Made by a program: the position numbers and the translations under genes. From contig NC_091994.1 of NCBI RefSeq assembly GCF_044704955.1, positions 24,800,001 to 24,864,000 on the forward strand: a stretch of 64,000 nt of DNA, given 5' to 3'. Positions 36,381-48,336 of the stretch are shown piece after piece. This stretch comes from Pristiophorus japonicus (Eukaryota). Numbering within the stretch: position 1 is the stretch's first letter; every line of letters begins with the position of its first letter. A model generated the notes under the pieces. It was given only the letters and a program-made list of their open reading frames with translations. It was not told the origin of the DNA and did no database searches.

Positions 36381-38639
36381 ATTCCTTGCTTGTTCATTCA
36401 CCTGTTTGTTTATGTTTGGTGAGATAAACAATAAAAGAAACTTTCAAGGTGGCAGCCAAAAAGAATTGTGTAATAAAGGTACTTGAATTAAGCTTGAAAA
36501 ATAGAAATTGAAGTGTTGGATGCAGTATATAAAATTTAGCAAATAAATTCTGATTTGCAACTAAAATCTATCACTTGAAGAAGGACCTCTGCACAATTAA
36601 ACAGCATGGTAGAGAATCAATAAACCTATAAAAGCATTTTAGGATCTTGCAAATTCAAACCGGTTTTAAAGGGGCACTGCCTCATGAAAGAGGGTTTATT
36701 GAGAGGAAAGAGTAGGGAGAAGAGATAGCACTGACAATGTTGAGGGAAGATTTATTTTGTGTATACAGAGGAACTCTTCCAATCTTGCCAGCAGCATGCT
36801 ATGCTATAGTACAATTAGCATCATGAAATATGTACACATTTTCCCTGAAGGTAGTGCCTCTATAAGCTAATCATTTTTATTTGAATTGTTATTTAAATAC
36901 ATCTGGATTTTCAGTCGCATCCAGTTAATTCAAACTTCACTCAGAATTCGACAGTTCAACTCTGCTTTCAAAGCCTGGGTGATAAAAGTTGCTGGAAAGC
37001 CTATTGCTGAGCCATTAGGAAAATGCAAACTACAGACCACAGGAGAACTGGATACCTCAGACAGTCCTCCAGACTACCCAGTCAAGGGACATCTCAAACA
37101 TGTAGCCACTAGACCAACGCAGAAACTGGATAGATTGAACCTATAAGAAAATGCAAAATAACATTTATAAGGAACAAAATAAACTAGCTGTCAGTGGTTC
37201 TGTTCAACACTGACATCATAAATCTGAAGCATGGATGCTGTTAGCAAATGATAAAGAATGGATATCAAGGATGGAGAGAAAGAACAAGAAAGATTCCATG
37301 AACCTAATTCCATGCACATTACCATGAAAAGTGCAATTTTATGGAATTCTTCTTTCCTCCCTTTTCTCAGCAGTTCTCTCTCCCCCACCCCCCCCACCCA
37401 ACTTCTCTTGTACTAGATCACCCTATCCCACAGGTTTGCAGCTCACCGTAGTTGAATCCTGTTACTAATTTTGTAAGTGTACGAAAAACAATGCTTCATC
37501 GCAAGTGTGACAGGATTCACAGTGATACAACTGCAAACTGGTGTGGTGCTTCATGAATTTGTATAATCTTACCTGTGTGTACATGCCTGTGTCCACTTGC
37601 ATTCTGTCCCAATTTCACTTAGGATTATTGAGGATATTCTGCAGTCTCAAGTTTGCTTATTAAAAGAGCATGGTCACCAGATTGAGGAGGAATTTTATTC
37701 CAGCATCATCCTGAACTGTAACTGTCTGCTGCCGGCCAGTCTAGAACACATCACACTAGCCTATAGAGGAACTGTAATTTCACTCATTGTCTGTAACATT
37801 TATCCTAAGTTATTCCATGGCAGTGTTAGAGTAGACACATCCAATGCCCTATATAGGAATAATGGTAAAAACTGTAAGACATATCAGTAGCATTTTTAAG
37901 AGTATGAATTTACAATTATTTCACTCTCACTTAACAGACTGCAAAATGTGTTGCTGATTCACTTCATGGTACCATAGTATTTATACATTACACTTTTACA
38001 GTGTTGCTATTCTAAATGCAGAATAGGATACCCCAGCTTCTTATGGTGAATTCACACTACAAATTCAACATCAGTGCAAAGCAGTTTCTGCTTTACATCA
38101 ACACTAAACGTGCATCACGTAAAGTGAGTGTGAAGGCTGAACTGACTCTGAAGCAAAGCGGGCAAGATTCCCTTCTCCAGCGAATAGCGCTCCATTTCTC
38201 TGGAGGTTCCAGCAGTCCCAGCTGAAGTTACAGCAGGAGACAGGGAGAACCACTGCAGAATTTCAAGGCCATTATAGGGTTTTCCTGAATTCACTTGAGA
38301 GGTTGCTTCCTTAAAAATGTTAAGGAGGTTAGTGAGACAAGATTAGCCCCTTCTAAGACCATGTTGATTGCCACTTACCAAGTTATTTTTATACTAACAG
38401 TAGTATTTTGGCCAGGCAAAAACCATTGATCCATTGAGCATGCCCTTTGAAAACCACCACCAGTTTCATTACCATGATCCTGGAATTAATAGCCCTATGT
38501 CCCCTTTCCTAATTTATCCAGTCCCTTTTTAAAAACATGCCATGGTTTTCTGTTACACAATCCAATGTTAATTTGTTCCACAATTCTAGAACTAAAAAAT
38601 GTTGCCTAAACTTCCTACTTTCTTTTGACACTTTAAATT

Positions 38640-38850
38640 TAGACTTGGAAATATATTGCCGTTCCTTCATCGTCACTAGGTCAAATCCTGGAACTCCCTC
38701 TCTAACAGCACTGTGGGAGTACCTTCACTACACAGACTGCAGCAGTTCAAGAAGACGGCTCATCACCACCTTCTCAAGGGCAATTAGGGATGGGCAATAA
38801 ATGCTGGCCTTGCCATCGATGCTCACATCCCATGGACGAATAAAAAAAAA
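38640..38850 (+). mobile_element. CR1-group LINE 3' end with A-rich tail
   Basis: tcctggaactccctc...cagttcaagaagacggctcatcaccaccttctcaagggcaattagggatgggcaataaatgc...gaataaaaaaaa. Confidence 0.75.
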
Positions 38851-39584
38851 TATCTCCTAGCCCTTGAATTTTATGTCCAACTAAAGAACTTTCCTGGATC
38901 CAATTCTCCATACCCTTGAAAATATTAAAGACCTTCATCAAGTCTCTCCACATCCTCCTCTTCGGCAGAAAGTCCTTGAATAAGGGGTTATGGGTTATGA
39001 GCAGTGGAAACACTAAATTGATTGTATCGCACTTATTCTTCATAGTCCTCTAATACCTCAGTGTATATTCGTAATTATCTCATAATGTTTCTTGGTTTTT
39101 GTTTGAAAGGCAATATTTCTGTGGTATCCTGTGTTGAATGGGGAAAGGATGGTTAACAAGCTGAGATATTTACTGCTGTGCATTGCACATCAGTGTCTCT
39201 AGGGGCTTAGTCTGTGGTTACTGGGTCCACTATTCAAATCAGGAAGCACCATAATATGGACAGCAGTGTGGTGAAGCAGTACATGAGATCAAACAGTGGT
39301 GAGAATGAAAGAAAGACAGCTCCATGCAAGGCAGCAACATACCGGGAAACATAGAGGGAAATGATCAAGAAAGTGAGTGAATAGTACAGGTTAGGACATT
39401 TATGCAAATAGTTTTTCAAAAGTAGCAAGTAAACCTATGCAAAGCACTCCATTACAATATGTTTGCTGTATTACTGCCAAAGAAAAAGACAGTCTTATAA
39501 AGATTGTCCATTGCAAAATGATCTGTAAACTATTATGTAAAGAGGAAAATTAAATTATTTCCAGTGCTGCTCATAAGAAAAAAA

Positions 39585-39990
39585 ACATGCATTTATTTGG
39601 CACTTTGCCACAACTCAGGACAACCCAAACTGATTCCCAACCAATAAATTATTTTTGAAGTATAGTCACTGTTGTTATATAGGCAAATGCAGCAACCAGT
39701 TTACACACAGCCAGGTCCCATAAAGAGCAAATGAAATGAAGGACCAGTTATCTTTTTTTAATGGTGTTGGGTTGAAGAACGAATGTTGGCCAGGCTACCA
39801 AGAAAGCTCCCTACTCTTCCTGAAATAGTGCCTTAAGATCTTTTACTTCCACTTGAACTAACAGACAGAAGTGCTCCCTTAGTGCTACACTGAAATGTTT
39901 ACCTACATTATGTGCTCAATTTCTGGAATATGGCTTGTATCTACAACTATCTGACTCAGAGGCAGGAGGTCTACCAACTGATCCAAGCTC
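39585..39990 (-). mobile_element. tRNA-derived SINE (degenerate)
   Basis: Homologous to 43730-44195. Confidence 0.7.
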
Positions 39991-42315
39991 TCACAAGCTT
40001 GCACCACAAACTAAGATGAGACCATTATACTTTGGTTGACAGACTTCATTCTGCAGTGTTTTCTGGTGTGATCATTTTACCAGTGCGTTCACTACACAGT
40101 GCTTTATTTCAGTGACATATTTGTGGATCGCCCGTGGCTGTGGAGTGACCTCAAGCCATTGGTGTATGGGGTCCAGATGACAATTCTAAGTCATTCTACT
40201 TTGTTACAGTTCAGGATGTGACCTCAATCGTTACTGCCTTTCCACCACCAGCATTTATCTATGATGACCATAAAATAATGCCATGGGATATGTATGTACA
40301 AATGCTCAACATATTTGTCTGAAATTTCCCATCGGTTATTTTACACAGGAGTTAACCCAAGGGTTAAGAATTTGTATGCTTGCACTCCACAGTGTGATTT
40401 CATGGCCTGTGGAATTAACTCTTTTCAGAAGTCAACTCTTCATTTATAATCATTTTGGTTAAGAGCCATATTTCCAAAGGAAAGTATGCAACGATTAACC
40501 CCAATGGTAATTTTTATTATTATGGACTAGACTGATACCAACTGCTGTGAGTGCAGTTCTACTGCCACGTCTTAGGTTAGTATGAAACGGTTTCTACATT
40601 GCAGTGATGCAGGGAATAACTTTAGTGCACTGTCAAGCTGCTTGTGTAAAGAGCTAAAAAGGTTCATAGACTTCATAAACTTAAGCAGAGTCTTCAGAGT
40701 TTCCACCTGCACTCTCATAAAGGAAATTTACCGGTCAAGAAGCAGAGTTCTGCGCACACATGTTACCACTCTTCGACAGAGCACTGTCCTAGCCATGATA
40801 GAGCAATTCCAGCAGACCGGATAAATTAGGTGTTGCCAGCCACAGATCAATTTCATTCCTATCAATCTTAGACTGGTAACTTAGTAAAACCATAGCCACA
40901 GTTGAAGCAGTTAAAAGGAAAATGGAAAGATTCTTGATTCCACTGACACCAGAGGGATGTAGAGCCAACAACAAAATGAAAGTGGTTTATGGGGGCCCTG
41001 AACATGGCCCTAAACAGTAGAGAGAGCTTGCTAGATGGACTAAGCATGATTTTGCACTTCTGATCTTTTTAATATGTAAATATCGCGCATTTGTGCTTTC
41101 TCCATGAATTCACTGCAGGGTTGAGCTTCTGCATGTAACAAAGAGTCAACGGATCAGAAAGTCGATTTCAATATGTAGTTGAATCCTATTGAATGCAGTT
41201 TATAAAGAAATGTAGCCTGACTCAGATAAGTTTTATACGGTGAGGCTTCTGATGAAGAACCTGGTTTGTTGGGAGCTTGGATCAGAGAATTAGACTTGGA
41301 GGTCAGTTGCCTCATTCTCAACGCACTGACCTCTGTGACCAATATTGCAATCCACACTCCCAGTGAACGAGACACTGCGTTGGGAGGCTTGCCTCACAAA
41401 ATTGATCCTTATTTATTTTAAAACAGCAGTTTACAAATCTGTGTGACACAGACCATTCCAAACCAATCTGTACGGAAACAACAGAAAACATTGAACAAAA
41501 ACACATTTTATACAATTGTGATTAAACTTGTACAATGCTGTCCTGATTCTGTCCCTAACACCCATTCGTTTTCATTCCTCAAGGGAATGTATATTTGTTG
41601 TGAATTATGAATTATTTCTTTAAATGTTTACCATTGCTTATCTACCATCATATCTTTTCATCTAATTTCATGATGCATGACTACCACTGCCAAATTATTA
41701 CTGCTAGATATGGACAAAGGTTGAGAGTGAGAGAGGTATTACTTCATCATTGCAGCATTTTCAAACTGAAAGAGGAATTGCATTATGATTAGCCAATGAA
41801 GTAATGACTGTGTTTTCAACAGCGTGATGATGCATATGAGTCTATGTTCAACAAGGTTTGTACGACAAGCAATTATATGCTTTACACACTCAAAACTTGC
41901 TTTTTTTTTTACACATTGAGTACTATATCTAGAGAACAATAAATTTTGCAAGCAGACGGAATAGCAAATTCCAAGGTTCTTGATGTGAAAGTACTGTTTG
42001 TACAATGACGAGCATTCTGAAATGTTGATGTATCTCCCTGAATTCATTTGTTGTACTATTGATGAGTATAATAATGTGGCCCTAGGTCACATTATTATAC
42101 CACAATGTTAACTATTCAGGGGTGTACCACTAACATCACATTGAATACAGAATCACTTATAATGCAAATATGGACAATGTAATCTGTGGTACTTGTTAGG
42201 GGAGTAATACTGGGCTGGAGCGGAAGTATTGAGTGGATTGCTGAGAATGAGTGCTGAGCCTCCTATTGCTTTTACTCTATATCAACAATACGGCATTGAG
42301 TTTTGCTCACCAAGT

Positions 42316-43660
42316 AACATAGAAATATAGAAAATAGGTGCAGGACTAGGCCACTCAGCCCTTTGAGCCTGCACCATCATTCAATATGATCATGGCTGAT
42401 CATGCAACTTCAGTACCCCACTCCTGCCTTCTCTCCATATCCCCTGGTCCCTTTAGCCATGAGGGCCACATCTAACTCCCTTTTGAATACATCCAACGAA
42501 CTGGTCTCAACAACTTTCTGACGTAGAGAATTCCATAGGTTCACAATTCTCTGGGTGAAAAAGTTTCTCCTCATCTCGGTCCTAGATGGCTTACCCATTA
42601 TCCTTAGACTGTGATCCATGGTTCTGGACTTCCCCAACGAATTTTATATGCTTCTATGAGAACCTCTCTCATTCTTCTAAATTCCAGTGAATATAAGCCC
42701 AGTCGATCCAGTCTTTCTTCATATGTCAGTCCTGCCATCATGGGAATCAGTCTGATGAATCTTCACTGCACTCCCTCAATAGCAAGAATGTCCTTCCTTA
42801 GATTAGGAGACCAAAACTGCACACAATACTCAAGGTGTGGTCTCACCAAGGCCCTGTACAACTGCAATAAGACCTCCCTGCTCCTATACTCAAATCCTCT
42901 CGCTATGAAAGCCTACATGCCATTTGCTTTCTTTACTGCCTGCTGTACCTGCATGCCTACTTTCAATGATTGATGTACCATGACACCCAGGTCTCGTTGC
43001 ACCTCCCCTTTTCCTAATCTGTCAACATTTAGATAATAATCTGCCTTCCTGTTTTTGCCACCAAAGTGGATAACCTCACATTTATTCACATTATACTGCA
43101 TCTGCCATGCATTTGCCCACTCACCTAACCTGTCCAAGTCACCCTGCAGCCTCTTAGCATCCGCCTCACAGCTCACACTGCCACCCAGCTTAGTGTCATC
43201 TGCAAACTTGGAGATATTACATTCAATTCCTTCATCTAAATCATTAATATATATTGTAAATAGCTGCAGTCCCAGCACTGAACCTTGCGGTACCCCACTA
43301 GTCACTGCCTGCCATTCTGAAAAGGACCCGTTTATTCCTACTCTTTGCTTCCTGTCTGCCAACCAGTTCTTTATCCACATCAATCCATTACCCCAATACC
43401 ATGTGCCTTAATTTTGCACACTAATTTCTTGTGTGGGACCTTAAAAAAGCCTTTTGAAAGTCTAAATACACCACATCTATTGGTTCTTCCTTATTCACTC
43501 TACTAGTTACATCCTCAAAAAATTCTAGAAGACTTGTCAAGTACGATTTCCCTTTCATAAATCCATGCTGACTTGGTCCAATCCTGTCACTGCTTTCCAA
43601 ATGCGCTGCTTTTATATCTTTAATAATTGATTCCAGCATTTTCCCCACTACCGATGTCAG
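42316..43660 (-). mobile_element. CR1 LINE 3' portion with RT core (internally deleted)
   Basis: SQHGFMKGKS.LT.LLEFFEDVT...VYLDFQKAF; WIKNWLADRKQRVGING.FS.WQAVTSGVPQGSVLG..LFTIYINDL...KFADDTKL; RRNFFTQRIVNLWNSL; tail acatagaaatatagaaa at 42317. Confidence 0.92.
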
Positions 43661-43729
43661 GGAAACAGTCACACCCTGGAGGCAGCGTGGCAAACAGCCA
43701 TAAGGTCGACCCTTCAGAGATTTGAGAAA

Positions 43730-44195
43730 AGAAAGACTTGCATTTATATAGCGCCTTTCACGACCATCGGCCGTCCCAAAGTGTTTTGCAGCCAATAAAA
43801 TACTTTTGAAGTGTAGTCACTGTTGAAATGTAGGAAACGCAGCAACCAATTTGTACACAGCAAGCTCCCACAAACTGCAATATGATAATGTCTAGATAAT
43901 CTGTTTTTGTTAATGTTGATTGAGGGATAAATATTGGTCAGGACACCGGGGATAACTCCTCCACCCTTCTTCGAAATAATGCCATGGGGTCTTTTACATC
44001 CACTTGAGAAAGCAGACAGGGCCTCAATTTAACATCTCATCTGAAAGATGGCACCTCCAACAGTGCAGCACTCCCTCAGTACTGCACTGGGAGTGTCAGC
44101 CTAGATTTTTGTCCTCAAGTCTCTGGAGTGGGACTATGAACCCACAACCTTCTGATTCAAAGGTGAGAGCGCTACTCACTGAGCCACAGCCAAGA
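43730..44195 (-). mobile_element. Full-length tRNA-derived SINE
   Basis: Tail gacttgcatttatatagcgcctttcacgacc; head cccacaaccttctgattc...gctactcactgagccacagc. Confidence 0.82.
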
Positions 44196-45344
44196 CTAAA
44201 AATACAGAGGCTCTTTAATATTTAAATGAGGTGACTGAGTGAAGCCTTGACATGGTACTTTTCCTATGTCCGCATATAACATATTAAATTGTATAGATAA
44301 AATAAATCTCAAGCACTACTTCAAACCAGTAGAACAAGGGAGCATGATCTAAAACTGGTGAAAAGTCAATTTAGAACCGATGTCTGGAAGAAATTCTTCA
44401 CCAATTGAAATGGTGATCTAGGGAAGATAATAAAGACAACAATCTTAGATTTATTTAAAATTCAGTTAGACATGATAGAGGATTATGAGACTTTTTCCTG
44501 GATGGATTATCTAAGAAGGGCTGAATTGCCTACTTCATTTATATTTATCTTATGATCTTTAGCAATTACAATGCTATATGCAATTCTGTCTGTCTATAGC
44601 CTCATGGTAGTCTTTTGTTGTCCTCTCTTGTAATTAAATTATAAGGAAGTGAAAAATTTAACTTGTCAATTTGGGAGACAGTTAACTTGTTGGTCTGGAG
44701 ATTGTTGTTCATTCTATTCGTGGGCAAACTGTGGCTTACTGAAAAGTTTTGAAATAATTTACTCCTGCTGGTTGTCTCGCAGTTTGTGATCAGTGGGCAA
44801 TACTCTGGTCCTACTCTCCCACACAGTTGGCCAGTTAATGAAGAAGGAGCAGCATTAAATCTTCTAAATCAGCTATGAGCTGCAACTCTTTTTGGGGAAC
44901 AAAAATAAACGTTAGATCGAGTGCCCCCCAATCTGGGGGACACTCCAGACACTTAACTGCCCCCAACAGCTCTACAACTCTTTTGGGGGGGGGGGGGGAG
45001 AGAGACAAAATAAACATTAAATCAAGTGCCCCCCAATCTGGGGAACACTCCTGAGCTGCAATTAGGAACCTGTTAAGCACCTGAAGTAGCACAGGGAGAG
45101 GATTACGCGCCAATTTGCCGTAGATTTGGGCATTACTGACTGAGAAAAGCTGCTCTAATTGGCTAGGAGCTGCAAGCTCTTCTGCAAGGATATAGACAAA
45201 GAACGCAAATACTGAAATTAACTAATCCCCTCCCTCCCACCCACCCCATCCTTTCAGAAGTATGTGGTGCATGAGACATGGGAGGAGGTAACTTAAAAGA
45301 GCCAATCATCACAGATTTGGATGTGGTTGACCCATATACACTGC

Positions 45345-46112
45345 ATCAGAATTTGCTGTAGCTAGACATCTGACAGCATCTGCCGTTAGTTAGACTTGCT
45401 CTTGCACCCACCAGCTCATTAAAATTTAGCCCACAAAGTTGCTGAAAGTGCGAGCTGATAACGGCGCAGCAAGGGAAACAGGGCATCTGGAACCCTAGTG
45501 AAAATGGACAATCAACAGGGTATCTCCTTAACCAATGAGATTTAAGGATTGGGAAATAAACAGTGGAAGGAATTAAAGGGGGTGAATTCAATGCCATATC
45601 AGGTACAGAAAGATAAATAAAGAAAGAGAGGGAAAGAAAGATTCGATTAAGAGAGAAAAAAAGACAAAAAGGAAAAATAAGAAAAATAAATGTTAAATTT
45701 GGCATTTAAAATCTCCCTGAAAAATTCAAAACCTGAAGGAATGAGACTTCACATTTGTAATAGTTAATTTTTGGTGCTAGAGAGGTTGACTGGCAGTCAT
45801 TAACACTTACCATGTTGTTAAAAGGGTACTTATGCTTGTAATTACTAGCCCTAAATATCTGCGGCAGTTTAAGTGCGTATCTACCTCTCAAATACAGAAA
45901 CGTCACGACATTCAAGGCAGGTCAATGGTGAGCCAGACATTTATTGCTGCTTTCTCAAAGCTAACGATGCAGCGACACAACTTGGACAGCAATTTTGGAT
46001 ATCAGCATTTAACCACGCATCTGCTCTCGCCTGAAGTTGCTGCACCATTTATGCATAAATAACGCTGAGCACCATTACCCTCACCGTTATTTTGACAGCA
46101 ATATCTGGCCCA
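45345..46112. mobile_element. MITE family A copy (inverted relative to 20970-21713)
   Basis: ttcacatttgtaatagttaatttttggtgctagagaggttgactggcagtc is the reverse-complement homologue of the family block; ends gcaatatctggccc. Confidence 0.65.
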
Positions 46113-46584
46113 ATGATTGGCAGCCTGCAGTCCAGGAAGACTTAAGAGCACCAGGCTGTCAATATCACCCTGCAGCCCACCAAGACACCTACTCCCTCTT
46201 CAAGGGAATCACTTAGAGGGAATAGATTAAGTGTCGCACATCTGTAACAAAGCACAGCACATCAGTCATGTTTTAGGGGTTTTTGTCTTTTTTTTTAAAC
46301 AGAAAGGATTTGTGAATGTGGTGCTTTAAAACAAAGTGAATTTGTACAGATTTTTAAAAAGCAAAAGCTGCAGAGATAGAAGGTCAGACAAGCCAGTACA
46401 TGGAATGTTGCCGCTCACAATCTATTTTAAACTGCTATAATGCTGATCAATTGTCTCATTCCAGGTTCATCCACCCAGGATGACCACTTTTCAGTTTGTT
46501 ACCACAGGAGATATTTTCTTTAAACCCACACCCCAAGGGAAGAGGAGAGGATTTATTGACAAGCCAAGTGGAAAATATTGTTGA

Positions 46585-47010
46585 AGGTGCAGTCTTTTAG
46601 ATGAGATATTAAAGCAAAGACCCATCTGCCTGTACAGGTGGATGTAAAAACTTTAAAAGAATTCACGCACAGGCATCTTCCACCCTTTAAAATGAAGTTC
46701 GGGACCTGGCATCAGTCACTAGAACTCGTTTTAGTGTGGACGCCAAGGCATCTTCGACTCCGAGGGACTGCCTCAGAAGAAGGAGAAGAAGAAGAAGGAA
46801 AAAGCAGGGAATTCTCCTCGTGGCTTAACTTTCATCTCTTAACTCATACCACCAAAGCAGATTAACTGGTCATTTAACGCTTTGCTGTGTGCAAATTGTC
46901 TGCTTGTTTGCCTGAAAAGCAATAGTGACCATATTACAAAAATGTAATTCATTGGTTGTGAAGCACTTTTGGATGTTCTGAGGATGTGAAAGATTCGATA
47001 AAAATACAAG
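46585..47010 (+). mobile_element. SINE interrupted by an RTE-related 3' fragment (~46660-46800)
   Basis: SINE core on both sides of attcacgcacaggcatcttccaccc...gagggactgcct and a (gaa)n tail. Confidence 0.65.
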
Positions 47011-47077
47011 CTAGCTATTTCTCATTCTTACGTGGGTACAATTAATCATCTTTTATATTCATAGAAAACCAGCAATA

Positions 47078-47612
47078 CAGGTTGGACCTCTCTGGTCCGG
47101 CACCCTCGGGACCTGACTGGTGCTGGAACAGAGAATTTTCTGGTTTACCGGTACCTGGTGACAGTGACTCCTGGTGACCTGGTGACCTGGCTCCTGAACG
47201 CCTCCACCATGCTCCGGTGGCGAAACTCAGGCCTCGATCTCTCTCCGTGCTGGTTTGCTGACCTTTTTTTTTAAGGTCATGTCTCCCTCACCCCCTCCCC
47301 TCCCCAGCTCCAGGCAGATCAAAACAAGGTGAAGGCAGCTGTCGGGTCCCGACCCCAAAGCTGGATTTGCATGGTTTTTGTGCGCATGCGCAAATCTATT
47401 CAATCCAGTCACGGGGTGTGACGCGGTTGGGACCAACAACCCAGAAGTGTTCTGCGCATGTGTTGTGCAGAAGGCCACTGTGCAGCATTTAGTCATTGTC
47501 TACATTCTTCACTGAACAGCACGGGGAACCGGGACGCCACCCACGCCGGGACTGATGCCGAACCACGGATGTTTCCGGATTAGAGAGTCCTGGACTGGAG
47601 AGGTACAACCTG
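47078..47612. mobile_element. Tc1/mariner-superfamily (pogo/Tigger-like) MITE
   Basis: TA|CAGGTTGGACCTCTCTGGTCCGG ... CTGGACTGGAGAGGTACAACCTG|TA: imperfect ~30-bp TIRs starting CAG, with TA on both sides. Confidence 0.8.
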
Positions 47613-48138
47613 TACAACAGAACTGGATTCTGTCGCTGTTGGCCAGTAACAAATGCGATGAGGTCATTATCCCTCCTAAGTAAAGCAATCACGTTCTTTG
47701 ATGCATCTGTGGGCAGCCAACAGGATAACATTTCCAATATAGCCAGCACTAGTCTGAAAGTAGCTGGAAGCATAGAAACTATAGGGCAGAATGATGTTGA
47801 CTGATTTTGGTAGTGCCATCCGGATTGCAGATGTTGGCTGGTGGTCCTGCTATAACAGATCTATAACCTACTCCATACTCAATCCAGGTAGCTATGCCTG
47901 GGATAATATGTGATGGGTGGCATAGCAGTAGTTCTGGGCAGTGCACTGATGCCACATTCTGACTCCTGAGGCAGCGAGTGCCTTGTCCAGATCCTGTTCA
48001 TCCACCCTGCCAAATTCAGTATCAGGCAGCACTGAGTGCAATGCCCATTGTGCAACATCTGCAGATCAACCTTCTGGCACAAGGACATGATTCTGCAACC
48101 AACCCAATGATGACACCAACAGAAACGTCTCAGAGCCC

Positions 48139-48336
48139 CACTGTGTACTGTACTCCCAATGTCCACTTTCACACTGTGTACTGTACTCCCAATGTCCACT
48201 TTCACACTGTGTACTGTACTCCCAATGTCCACTTTCACACTGTATACTGGACTCCCAATGTCCACTTTCACATTGTGTACTGTATTCCCAATGTCCACTT
48301 TCACACTGTATATTGTACTCCCAATGTCCACTTTCA
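48139..48336 (+). repeat. 33-bp minisatellite, 6 copies
   Basis: Unit cactgtgtactgtactcccaatgtccactttca with few substitutions. Confidence 0.95.

Noticed and set aside
42913-43383. Intact 156-aa reverse transcriptase ORF as an active or novel RT system
   Set aside because: Standard CR1 ORF2 fragment; 5'-truncated, frameshifted and internally deleted, with no endonuclease.
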